From: Candidatus Nitricoxidireducens bremensis
GTDB lineage: Bacteria > Pseudomonadota > Gammaproteobacteria > Burkholderiales > Rhodocyclaceae
Length of the DNA stretch: 64,000 nucleotides
NCBI GenBank assembly: GCA_030247725.1
Contig: JAOTRT010000005.1
Coordinates: 161,233-225,232 of the forward strand
Reading direction: 5' to 3'
The notes below the pieces were generated by a model that saw only the letters and a program-made list of their open reading frames with translations, did no database searches and was not told the DNA's origin. The position numbers and the translations under genes are program-made. Each line of letters begins with the position of its first letter. The first letter of the stretch is position 1. Below are positions 38,144-46,922 of the stretch, piece after piece.

Positions 38144-38769
38144 TTCTTGACCGATGTGGCCTCGCCGCTCTTGTTCTTGCTCTGGAGCGACTTGATGAGG
38201 CCGTCGATGCCGCCGTTGCGGACTTCCTGGGCAAAGGACTCGCGGTAGTTGGTGACGAGGCTGATGCCGCCGACTTCGATGTCGTAGACCTTCCAGCCGG
38301 GGTTCTGCTTCTCCAGGTAGTAGTCGAGCTGGATCGGCTTGCCACCGGGCTGCTTGATGTCGGTGCGCACCTTCACGTCGGTGTCGGTGGGCTGCATCTT
38401 GAAGGGCTTGTACTCGATGGTCTGGTTCTTGTATTCCGTCAGCGCCTTCGAGTAGGTGCGTACGAGCAGGGTGCGGAATTCGTCCACCAGGGTCTTCTGC
38501 TGGGCCGGCGTGGACTGGCGCCAGTCGCGGGCCATGGCCAGCTGGGTCATGCGCGTGAAGTTGAAGTGGGGCAGCACCTTGGCCTCGACGAGATCGATGG
38601 CCTTCTTGGTGTTGCCGGACTGGATGTCCTTGTCCTTGCGGACGATTTCCAGGACTTCCTCGGTCACGTTCTTGATCAGCGCATCGGGAGCCAGGCCTTC
38701 CGCCGGGGTATCGGCCCACGCACCGGCGGCGACGACCAGTCCCGCCAGCATGCCAAACAGCCACTTCAT
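38140..38769 (-). CDS. mlaC: phospholipid-binding periplasmic protein MlaC (Ttg2D)
   Basis: 209-aa ORF with a signal peptide. FNFTRMTQLAMARDWR and VYDIEVGGISLVTNYR. Confidence 0.85.
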   Translation of the reverse strand: MKWLFGMLAGLVVAAGAWADTPAEGLAPDALIKNVTEEVLEIVRKDKDIQSGNTKKAIDLVEAKVLPHFNFTRMTQLAMARDWRQSTPAQQKTLVDEFRTLLVRTYSKALTEYKNQTIEYKPFKMQPTDTDVKVRTDIKQPGGKPIQLDYYLEKQNPGWKVYDIEVGGISLVTNYRESFAQEVRNGGIDGLIKSLQSKNKSGEATSVKK

Positions 38770-38804
38770 GGATGATTCCTTTTGGTTCGAGAGGGTGATT
38801 CGGA

Positions 38805-39743
38805 TCAGAGACGGCCGTCCGCCATGGCCTGGGCCAGCGTCACGCCGGGTTCAAGCGCGGACTGCTGCTTGGGCTCTTCCGCCCGCGGGGCGGCGGCACT
38901 CTCGGCGGGCGCCGGCTCGGCGGCGACGGCGGGACGCTCGATGTCGTCGGCCTCGGCATCTTCCCGCTCGCGCGGGGCGTTGCCGTCGTGGATCAAGCTG
39001 CGGCGGCGCTGCAGATAGGCGTCGCGCATATAGGAATACTTGTCGAGGGCGGCCTCCTCGATGACCTTGTCGGCCGGCAGCAGGTTGGCGCGGTCACTGA
39101 CGATGCGCACGGCCAGCAGGGTGTTGCGCGTGGCGACGTGGTCCACATTGGCCACCGGGTCGGCCTTGACGTCGAGAATCAGGCCGACGGTATCGCGGGC
39201 GGTACGGGGACCGAAGAAGGGGATCACCACATAGGCGCCGTTGCCGACACCCCAGCGGCCGAAGGTCTGGCCGAAGTCCTCTTCGTGCTTCTCCAGTCCC
39301 ATCTCGGTGGCCACGTCGAAGACGCCGAGGATGCCGATGGTGGAATTCACCACGAAACGGCCGGCATCGCCGGCGGCCTCGGGCACCTTGCCCTGGAGCA
39401 GGTTGTTGACGGCGATGAAGACGTCGGCGATGTTGGCGAAGAAGTTGGTCACGCCGGTGCGGATCGGCGAAGGCAGCGCCGCCTCGTACCCCTGGGCAAC
39501 CGGCTTGATGATGACCTTGTCGAGGCCCTCGTTGAACGAGAACATGGCGCGGTTGAAGCCCTCGATCGGGTCCTTCGGGTTGCCTGAAGTGGCGCAGCCG
39601 CCCAGCAGGCCCACCAGGCCCGCGGCGACGGCCAGCGTCGAAATGCGCTTCGCAAACGAATTGCCCTTGGTCACGAGACTTCCTTTCGCTTCGTTGTTCT
39701 TCTTGCGGCCCGGGTTGCGGTTCTGGGCGCCCCGGTCCGTCAT
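38805..39743 (-). CDS. mlaA: outer-membrane lipoprotein MlaA (VacJ)
   Basis: Lipobox LLGGCAT. DPIEGFNRAMFSFN and FGQTFGRWGVG are VacJ motifs. The true start is uncertain: the ATG at 39743 overlaps the mlaD stop, and later GTG starts are possible. Confidence 0.85.
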   Translation of the reverse strand: MTDRGAQNRNPGRKKNNEAKGSLVTKGNSFAKRISTLAVAAGLVGLLGGCATSGNPKDPIEGFNRAMFSFNEGLDKVIIKPVAQGYEAALPSPIRTGVTNFFANIADVFIAVNNLLQGKVPEAAGDAGRFVVNSTIGILGVFDVATEMGLEKHEEDFGQTFGRWGVGNGAYVVIPFFGPRTARDTVGLILDVKADPVANVDHVATRNTLLAVRIVSDRANLLPADKVIEEAALDKYSYMRDAYLQRRRSLIHDGNAPREREDAEADDIERPAVAAEPAPAESAAAPRAEEPKQQSALEPGVTLAQAMADGRL

Positions 39744-40213
39744 CACTTCTTGCCGCTGTCGTCCTGCGCCTTGTTGAACATGAACTGGCTGATCAGCTTT
39801 TCCAGCACTACGGCCGACTGGGTCTTCTTGATCGTGGCGCCGTCCTTCAGCATTTCCGTGTCGCCGCCGACCTCGAAACCGATGTACTGCTCGCCGAGCA
39901 GGCCCGAGGTATTGATCGTCAGGATCGTGTCGCGCGGGAACTTGTAACGGTTGTCCACCTGCATGCCGACCACCGCCCGGTAGCTCTCCGGATCGAAACG
40001 GATTTCGGAAACCCGCCCGACCACGACCCCGGCGCTCTTGATCGGCGCACGGACCTTGAGGCCTCCGATGTTATCAAACTCGGCTTGCAGACGGTATGTT
40101 TCGCCCACCTGCGTCGACGCCAAGTTCCCGACTTTTAGGGCTAAAAACAACAGGGCGGCGAGGCCGATGGCAACGAAGAATCCAACCCAGAGATCGAGAG
40201 TAGCGCGGTTCAT
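39743..40213 (-). CDS. mlaD: MCE-domain protein MlaD
   Basis: 156-aa ORF with an N-terminal TM helix. MCE core LKVRAPIKSAGVVVGRV. Confidence 0.9.
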   Translation of the reverse strand: MNRATLDLWVGFFVAIGLAALLFLALKVGNLASTQVGETYRLQAEFDNIGGLKVRAPIKSAGVVVGRVSEIRFDPESYRAVVGMQVDNRYKFPRDTILTINTSGLLGEQYIGFEVGGDTEMLKDGATIKKTQSAVVLEKLISQFMFNKAQDDSGKK

Positions 40214-41010
40214 TAGACACCTCGGAACATGAAAGCGGTGAGGATGAAATCGGCGGCGAGAATCGCCAGGGAAGAGGTCACGACGGTCCGGGTGGTGGCC
40301 CCGGAGACGCCCTCGGCGGTCGGTTCGCAGTCGTAGCCTTCGAAAACCGCAATCCAGCTGACGATGAGGCCGAAGACGAAGCTCTTGATGACGCCGTTGA
40401 GGATGTCTTCGCGGAAATCGACGGAAGCCTGCATCTGGGACCAGAAGGAACCCTCGTCCACGCCGATGAGCTGGACGCCCACCAGGTAGCCGCCGAAGAT
40501 GCCGAGGGCGGAGAACAGGGCCGCCAGGATGGGCATGGAGATGACGCCGGCCCAGAACCGCGGCGCCACGACGCGGGCAATGGGGCTGATGGCCATCATT
40601 TCCATGGCGGACAGCTGCTCGGTGGCCTTCATGAGGCCGATTTCGGCCGTAATGGCGGAACCGGCGCGGCTGGCGAACAACAGGGCGGCGACCACCGGCC
40701 CCAGTTCTCGCACCAGGGACAGGGCCACCAGGATGCCGAGGGCCTCGGACGAGCCGTAGCGTTGCAGCGTATCGTAGCCCTGCAGCCCCAGCACCATGCC
40801 GACGAAGAGGCCGGACACCAGGATGATGACCAGGGACAGGACGCCGGTGAAGTAGATCTCCCGTATCGTCAGGCCGAAGCGGCGCAGGGCGGTGCCCGAG
40901 TAGAGCAGGATCGCCAGCAGGAAGCGGGAAGCGAAGCCGAGCCGCCAGATGCGGCTGGTGACACGGCGGCCGAGGCCCCGCAGGCCGCCGGAAAGATAGT
41001 TATCTTGCAC
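40213..41010 (-). CDS. mlaE: ABC permease MlaE
   Basis: Polytopic protein. GPVVAALLFASRAGSAITAEIG and MEMMAISP. The start is either the GTG at 41010 or the ATG at 41040. Confidence 0.9.
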   Translation of the reverse strand: MQDNYLSGGLRGLGRRVTSRIWRLGFASRFLLAILLYSGTALRRFGLTIREIYFTGVLSLVIILVSGLFVGMVLGLQGYDTLQRYGSSEALGILVALSLVRELGPVVAALLFASRAGSAITAEIGLMKATEQLSAMEMMAISPIARVVAPRFWAGVISMPILAALFSALGIFGGYLVGVQLIGVDEGSFWSQMQASVDFREDILNGVIKSFVFGLIVSWIAVFEGYDCEPTAEGVSGATTRTVVTSSLAILAADFILTAFMFRGV

Positions 41011-41848
41011 GGGCCGTCTCCCGGTAGATCTCCTCGCCATAGGGCCTGGCGGGATAGTGGAAGGAAACCGGGCCGTCGGGCTCGCCCCAAACGAACTGGT
41101 GCACGTAAGGCTCCTTGGAATGCTTGATGTCGTCCGGCGTGCCCTCGGCGACGATCTTGCCCTCGGACACGAAATAGACGTAATCGACTATTTTCAGGGA
41201 TTCCTGGATGTCGTGGGTGACGACAATTGAACTACATCCCAGGGCATGGTTCAGGGTGCGGATCAACTCGCCGATGATGGACAGGGAAATCGGGTCGAGG
41301 CCGGCAAAGGGCTCGTCGTACATGATGAGCAGCGGGTCCAGGGCGATGGCCCGGGCCAGGGCCACGCGACGGGCCATGCCGCCCGACAGTTCGGAAGGCA
41401 TCAGGTGGTGGGCGCCGCGCAGGCCGACGGCATGGAGCTTCATCATCACCATGTCGTGGATCAGGTCCTCCGGCAGGTCCGTATGCTCGCGCATCTGGAA
41501 GGCGACGTTGTCGTAGACCGACATATCGGTGAACAGGGCGCCGAACTGGAACAGCATGCCCATGCGCCGCCGCAGCTGGTAGAGACCGTCGTTGTCCAGA
41601 TCGTTGATGACCTGACCGGCCACTTTCACCTCGCCCGAAGTGGCCTTGAGCTGGCCGCCGATCAGGCGCAGCGTCGTGGTCTTGCCGCAACCCGAAAGGC
41701 CCATGATCGCCACCACCTTGCCGCGATGGATCTCCATATTGATACCCTGGAGAACCGGACGGCGGTCATAGGTGAAATTGACGTCGGTAAGCTTGACGAG
41801 GGGTTCGGAAGACACGAAACGGGGTCGCGGATGATTCGGGAGCGGCAT
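41000..41848 (-). CDS. mlaF: ABC ATPase MlaF
   Basis: Walker A GLSGCGKTT, signature LSGGMARRVALARA and Walker B LIMYDEPFAGLDP. The ATG at 41848 lies within track ORF 41000..42310. Confidence 0.9.
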   Translation of the reverse strand: MPLPNHPRPRFVSSEPLVKLTDVNFTYDRRPVLQGINMEIHRGKVVAIMGLSGCGKTTTLRLIGGQLKATSGEVKVAGQVINDLDNDGLYQLRRRMGMLFQFGALFTDMSVYDNVAFQMREHTDLPEDLIHDMVMMKLHAVGLRGAHHLMPSELSGGMARRVALARAIALDPLLIMYDEPFAGLDPISLSIIGELIRTLNHALGCSSIVVTHDIQESLKIVDYVYFVSEGKIVAEGTPDDIKHSKEPYVHQFVWGEPDGPVSFHYPARPYGEEIYRETARAR

Positions 41849-42209
41849 TCTATCAGACTGAATAGCCAACCAAATCATGGAAATTCCCGGCGCTCCAATA
41901 TGAAAAAACTGCACATCCGGCACCCCCGCAAGGCCCTTCGCCCGTGGAAATGACAAAAATCGGCGGAATAGGGAGAAAATGCCCGGGATTCCCACCGGGG
42001 TCAGCCGCTCCGGACAACCTGACAGCCATCCCGCCCTTGATAGAAGCCACCGCAAAAACCTCTCTGCCCCCCTTCGACGCCCGTTCGGACGCCGACACCC
42101 GGCGCTTTGCCGGGAGGAATAGCGGCCGGGCAGCATGGCGACCGGGCGTCGATCCAGATGGCCGCCGGAAGCACAAGGGCGACCGAGCGCGTACCGGGGA
42201 GGCGGACTG

Positions 42210-43619
42210 ATGGCGGCGATGTACCTCGAACATTTCGGCCTTACCGAACCGCCCTTCCGCATCACCCCCCACACGGATTTCTTCTTTTCCGGCGCCAACC
42301 GCGGCGCCACGCTGGAAGCCCTGGTCTATGCGGTGACGAGCGACGAGGGCATCGTCAAGGTTTCCGGCGAGGTCGGCACCGGCAAGACCATGCTGTGCCG
42401 GGCCCTCATGGAAAAGCTGCCCGACAACGTCAGCATCGTCTATCTGGCCAACCCCTCCCTCTCCCGGGAAGACATCCTCTATGCCATCGCCGCCGAGCTC
42501 GGCGTAACACTGCCCGAACCCGCCCGTACCAGTGCGGTCCAGCGCAAGCTCCAGGAATACCTGATCGAGATATACGGCAGCGGTCGCCAGGTGGTCGTGC
42601 TGATCGACGAAGCCCACGCCATGCCCGCCGAGACCCTGGAGGAGATCCGGCTGCTGTCCAACCTGGAATCCAACCGCCACAAACTGCTGCAGCTCGTCAT
42701 GTTCGGCCAGCCGGAGATCAACGAGGTGCTCGCACGTCCCGACCTGCGCCAATTGCGCGAACGCATCACCCACAACTTCGCCCTGGAGCCGCTGACCAAG
42801 GATGAGATCGCCCAGTACCTGGCCTTCCGCCTGCGGGCAGCCGGCCACCGGGGCCCCGAAATCTTCTCGCCGGCCGCCGTCAAGCTGCTGGCGTCGGCAT
42901 CCCTGGGCCTCACGCGCCGCATCAACATCCTGGCCGACAAGGCGCTCCTGGCCGCCTTCGCCGCCAACCGCCGCCAGATCACGCCCAGGGAAGTCCGGGT
43001 GGCGATCCGGGACTCGGAATTCGGCAGCGTGGCGAGGCAATCCCACCGCCAGTTCCTGACCGCAGGCGCCATCGGCGCCGGCATCGCCCTGGTACTCGTG
43101 GCAGCCGTTCTGATCGGATGGATCGGCGAACGGCAAGCCACCCCCATCGACACCCCCGCTGTCGCACCGGCCGCTCAGGCGGCTCCCGCAACCCGAATCG
43201 AGACTGCCCAGCAGGGAAGCGAACCGCCTGCTGCCGTCACGCCCCCCCCGGCCGAGCCGGCCGCCGTCCCGGCCACGCCCCTGCGCGACTGGCCGGAACT
43301 CGGCCCCCGGACGACGGCCAAGGTCCAGGCCAGCGCAGCGTGGCTGGCCCAGACCGACGGGGAACGCTGGTTCCTGCAACTCGCCCGGGCAGACGTCGCC
43401 CAGGCCGCCTACGTAGAGGGCCTGATCGGGAAGGCCGACGAACTCCTTGACCCTACCGACATCAGGGCCTATGCTATTCGAATAAAAGAAGGGAAGCGAC
43501 TCGGTGTCATATACGGCGACTTTCCCACCCAGGCAGCGGCCCAGGCCGCTGCCGCCGAACTTCCAAGCGAAATCAGACAACTGAACCCGTATCCGCGACA
43601 GGTACAGCGCCTGCGATGA
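42210..43619 (+). CDS. mshM: ExeA/MshM-like AAA ATPase with TM helix and C-terminal SPOR-like domain
   Basis: YLEHFGLTEPPFRITPHTDFFF, Walker A GEVGTGKT, VVLIDEAH and RRINILADKALLAAF. The ATG at 42210 follows GGGGAGG. Confidence 0.8.
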   Translation: MAAMYLEHFGLTEPPFRITPHTDFFFSGANRGATLEALVYAVTSDEGIVKVSGEVGTGKTMLCRALMEKLPDNVSIVYLANPSLSREDILYAIAAELGVTLPEPARTSAVQRKLQEYLIEIYGSGRQVVVLIDEAHAMPAETLEEIRLLSNLESNRHKLLQLVMFGQPEINEVLARPDLRQLRERITHNFALEPLTKDEIAQYLAFRLRAAGHRGPEIFSPAAVKLLASASLGLTRRINILADKALLAAFAANRRQITPREVRVAIRDSEFGSVARQSHRQFLTAGAIGAGIALVLVAAVLIGWIGERQATPIDTPAVAPAAQAAPATRIETAQQGSEPPAAVTPPPAEPAAVPATPLRDWPELGPRTTAKVQASAAWLAQTDGERWFLQLARADVAQAAYVEGLIGKADELLDPTDIRAYAIRIKEGKRLGVIYGDFPTQAAAQAAAAELPSEIRQLNPYPRQVQRLR

Positions 43620-43787
43620 GCATTGCATCCGGGCTGTCCAGTAGGAGATGCCCGGAGGTCTTGTCATGCAGGGAAGCACGATTGCGGCGCAAAAGCCCCT
43701 CCTGGCGCGGGATTGGCTTTGTCCCGGACGGATTCGCAGCCTTTCTCCGCCCAGACCCAGGGATGGAAGACCTGCCGGATTCCCGCC

Positions 43788-45617
43788 ATGAGCATCGGCA
43801 GGTATTGGCTGGCGACGGGTCTTTTGGCCTTGGCCGCCTGCGGCAACGCTCCGGTCGCCCCGACGGGGAGCGGCCACCTCACGGTGGAAGAGGCCCCAGC
43901 GCCGATCCGGAACATTCCTCCCCCCGTCCGGAACACCATCGCCTTGCCCAAACCCAAGGCCACCCCCCAGGTCGAAACCTACAGCGTCGTCGTCCATAAC
44001 GTCCGCGCGCAGGAACTCCTGTTCGCCCTGGCGCGGGATGCCAGGCTCAACGTCGACATCCATCCGGGTATCAACGGCGTCGTCACCCTCAACGCCATCG
44101 ACCAGACCCTGCAGCAGATCCTCACGCGCATCGCCAGGCAGATCGACATGCGCTGGGAACTCGATGGGCCGAACCTGGCAGTGATGGCCGACACCCCCTT
44201 CCTGCGCAGCTACGCCATCGACTACGTCAATATGTCCCGGGACGCCTCGGGCAGCGTCAGCATCAGCACCCAGATCGGTTCGACCACCTCGACGGCCACC
44301 GGCGCCGCCAGCGCGACCACCAGCACCGGCAGCAACATTTCCACGACGAAGGTGGACAACATCGCCAGGAACCGCTTCTGGGAATCCCTCGAACGGAACG
44401 TCAAGGACATCCTCCACGAAACCGACAAGATCCTGCCCGAAGGGTCGAGCGACACCCTCATCGAACACTCCGATGCCCAGACGACCACCGGCACCGGCGC
44501 CCAGGCCGGCGGGCGCAAAGGCCCCCAGGCAGGGATCGCCGGCAGCCCGAACCCGGCCGCCATGCAGCATCAGGGCACCACGGTCGTCAAGCGCGCCACC
44601 TTCCGCGAGGCCGCCTCCGTCATCGTGAACCCGGAGAGCGGCATCGTCGTCGTGCGCGCCACCTCGCGCCAGCACGAAAAGATCCAGGAGTTCCTCGACC
44701 TCGTGGTCGGCAGCGCCAAGCGCCAGGTGCTCATCGAGGCGACCATCGCCGAGGTCAGCCTCAGCGACCAGTTTCAGCAGGGGATCAACTGGCAGAGTCT
44801 GCGCAGCCTGCGCAGCAGCGGCTCCAACAGCGCCGGCTTCCAGGGCGGGCTCAAGCCGACGGGCACGCCGGTCCCGGACCCAATGGCGGCGACCAATGTC
44901 GGCAACGCCTTCCTGCTCAACTACGTGGCGCCGGGCCTGGGCATCTCCTCCACCATCTCGCTGCTGCGCACCTTCGGCAACGTGCGCGTCCTGTCGAGCC
45001 CCAAGATCAGCGTCCTCAACAACCAGACCGCCCTGCTCAAGGTAGTGAACAACGTCGTCTATTTCGAGATCAAGGCCGACACCACCACCTCCAGCACGGG
45101 CCTCGCCACCACCAACGTCACGACGACGCCGCGCTCGGTATCCGTCGGCCTGGTGATGACCGTGACGCCCCAGATCAGCGAGAGCGACATCGTCACCCTC
45201 AACGTGCGACCGAGCATTTCCCGCGTCAAGGGCACGAAGAAGGACCCGAACCCGAACATCCCCGCGGGCCTCACCAACGAGGTGCCGGAAATCGAGACGC
45301 GGGAAATGGAGTCCATCCTGCGCCTGAGCAATGGCGAGATCGCCGTCATGGGCGGCCTGATGCAGGACGGCATCGACAACACCACCCACGCGATCCCGGG
45401 CCTCGGCCAGATTCCCGTGATCGGCAACTTCTTCAAGCAGCGCAACGAAACGGCCACCAAGACCGAACTGGTGATCTTCCTGAGGCCCGTCGTCATCCGC
45501 GACCCGAGCGTGGCCGGCGACTTCGCCGCCTACCGGGACAAGCTGCCGGGCCGCGAGTTCTTCGCCGGCAATCCGCCCGATCCGGACCGCCCCATGGCAG
45601 GAGAGCCGGCCCGGTGA
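43788..45617 (+). CDS. mshL: MSHA-type pilus secretin lipoprotein
   Basis: The ATG at 43788 lies within ORF 43623..45617. Lipobox LLALAACG. Secretin core VLSSPKISVLNNQTA ... IPGLGQIPVIGNFFKQRNETATKTELVIFLRP. Confidence 0.85.
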   Translation: MSIGRYWLATGLLALAACGNAPVAPTGSGHLTVEEAPAPIRNIPPPVRNTIALPKPKATPQVETYSVVVHNVRAQELLFALARDARLNVDIHPGINGVVTLNAIDQTLQQILTRIARQIDMRWELDGPNLAVMADTPFLRSYAIDYVNMSRDASGSVSISTQIGSTTSTATGAASATTSTGSNISTTKVDNIARNRFWESLERNVKDILHETDKILPEGSSDTLIEHSDAQTTTGTGAQAGGRKGPQAGIAGSPNPAAMQHQGTTVVKRATFREAASVIVNPESGIVVVRATSRQHEKIQEFLDLVVGSAKRQVLIEATIAEVSLSDQFQQGINWQSLRSLRSSGSNSAGFQGGLKPTGTPVPDPMAATNVGNAFLLNYVAPGLGISSTISLLRTFGNVRVLSSPKISVLNNQTALLKVVNNVVYFEIKADTTTSSTGLATTNVTTTPRSVSVGLVMTVTPQISESDIVTLNVRPSISRVKGTKKDPNPNIPAGLTNEVPEIETREMESILRLSNGEIAVMGGLMQDGIDNTTHAIPGLGQIPVIGNFFKQRNETATKTELVIFLRPVVIRDPSVAGDFAAYRDKLPGREFFAGNPPDPDRPMAGEPAR

Positions 45618-46915
45618 GCCTGCTGCTGGAAGCGCTCAAGAAGGCCGAACGCGCCAAGCGCCGGATGCCGGGCCTGGCCGATGACGACAGGCCACCTCCG
45701 GGAGACTCCGCCCCGCGGTTTCCCGCGGAAAATCCGGCCGACGATCCGCCTTGCCAACGCGATTTGTCGCAACTTCCGCGGGAACTCGAAATCCTCGATG
45801 AAGAATTCCTCGCCGCAGCGAAGCGGGAAGCCGCGTCGATGCTGCCGCCCCGGCCCACCCCGGCCGCAGCCGCCGGTAGTCCCCCGGCGAGCGACGCCGA
45901 CGCCCCGAATACCGAAGACCCGCCGGAGACAGCTCCGGCCACCGAAGCGGAGCCGGCACGCCAGGCTGCCCGCCGGGTCTTCGCCGCCAAACATCCATCG
46001 GCCGCCAGATCCCAGGTATCTATCCTCACCGTAGGCATCCTCGTCCTGGCGGCCGTGGTCGCCATCGGCATCCATCTTTCGGTGCCGATGTCCATCGGGT
46101 CAACAGCAGCGTCCCCGGGCGCCGCCTTCGCCGCGCCGGCCCCGCCGCCGCCCCCCGCCGTCACCCCACCTCCCCCAGCGTCTGCGCCGATGGCGGCATC
46201 GCCCCCGCCTGCCGGCGAACGCACCATCTCCACGGTACACGTCAACCCGCCCCCTGCCGACCCCCCCCCGGCCGAACGGCGTGCAGCTCCCCCCAATACC
46301 GCCGACCCGATCCGCATCACCCGGTCCCGCGCCGTCGTCAATCCGGTGCTGCAGCGCGCCTTCGATGCCCTCGAAGCGGGAGAAACGGAGGCCGCCCGGA
46401 TGGACTACGCCGCGGTCCTCAAGACAGAGCCGCGGAATCCGGACGCCCTCCACGGCATGGCTGCCATCGCCCTGCGGCAGGGCCGCCACGACCTCGCCGA
46501 GGATTTCTACCAGCGGGCCGTCGAGGCCGACCCGAAGAACGCCATCGCCCAAGCCGGACTCGTCGGCCTGCGGGGCCAGGGGGACCCGGCGGCCTCCGAA
46601 AGCCGCCTCAAGAATCTCATCGCCGCCCAGCCGGACCAGGCCTTCCTCCAGTTCGCCCTCGGCAACCTCCACGCCGCCGCCGGCCGCTGGAACGAGGCCC
46701 AGCAGGCCTTCTTCAAGGCCCATACCGGGGACCCGGACCAGCCGGACTATCTGTTCAACCTGGCCGTCAGCCTCGACCACCTGCGCCATCCGCAACTGGC
46801 GGCCCGCTACTACGGCCAGGCGTTGGCGGCAGCCGGCACCCGAGCCGCCGGATTCGACAGGACCCAGGCGGGCGTGCGACTGCACGAACTCCAAACTGGG
46901 GACGGCATGCGCTAA
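45614..46915 (+). CDS. mshN: TPR-repeat pilus biogenesis protein (MshN-like)
   Basis: The GTG start overlaps the mshL stop. N-terminal SLLLEALKKAE box, a Pro-rich linker, one TM helix, and C-terminal TPR repeats. Confidence 0.6.
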   Translation: MSLLLEALKKAERAKRRMPGLADDDRPPPGDSAPRFPAENPADDPPCQRDLSQLPRELEILDEEFLAAAKREAASMLPPRPTPAAAAGSPPASDADAPNTEDPPETAPATEAEPARQAARRVFAAKHPSAARSQVSILTVGILVLAAVVAIGIHLSVPMSIGSTAASPGAAFAAPAPPPPPAVTPPPPASAPMAASPPPAGERTISTVHVNPPPADPPPAERRAAPPNTADPIRITRSRAVVNPVLQRAFDALEAGETEAARMDYAAVLKTEPRNPDALHGMAAIALRQGRHDLAEDFYQRAVEADPKNAIAQAGLVGLRGQGDPAASESRLKNLIAAQPDQAFLQFALGNLHAAAGRWNEAQQAFFKAHTGDPDQPDYLFNLAVSLDHLRHPQLAARYYGQALAAAGTRAAGFDRTQAGVRLHELQTGDGMR

Positions 46916-46922
46916 CGGCCCG

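Noticed and set aside
41849-42209. Sigma-54-type promoter upstream of mshM (TGGCCGCCGGAAGCA)
   Set aside because: The GG-to-GC spacing is one nt short of the TGGCAC-N5-TTGC consensus, and the -12 element is poor. This is not enough to call a promoter.
41853-45389. 1178-aa minus-strand ORF spanning the mshM/mshL region
   Set aside because: It is antisense to two plus-strand genes with clear family motifs (ExeA Walker A, secretin core). Its translation is Gly/Arg/Asp/Ala-rich low-complexity text with no motifs, typical of stop-poor alternative frames in high-GC DNA.
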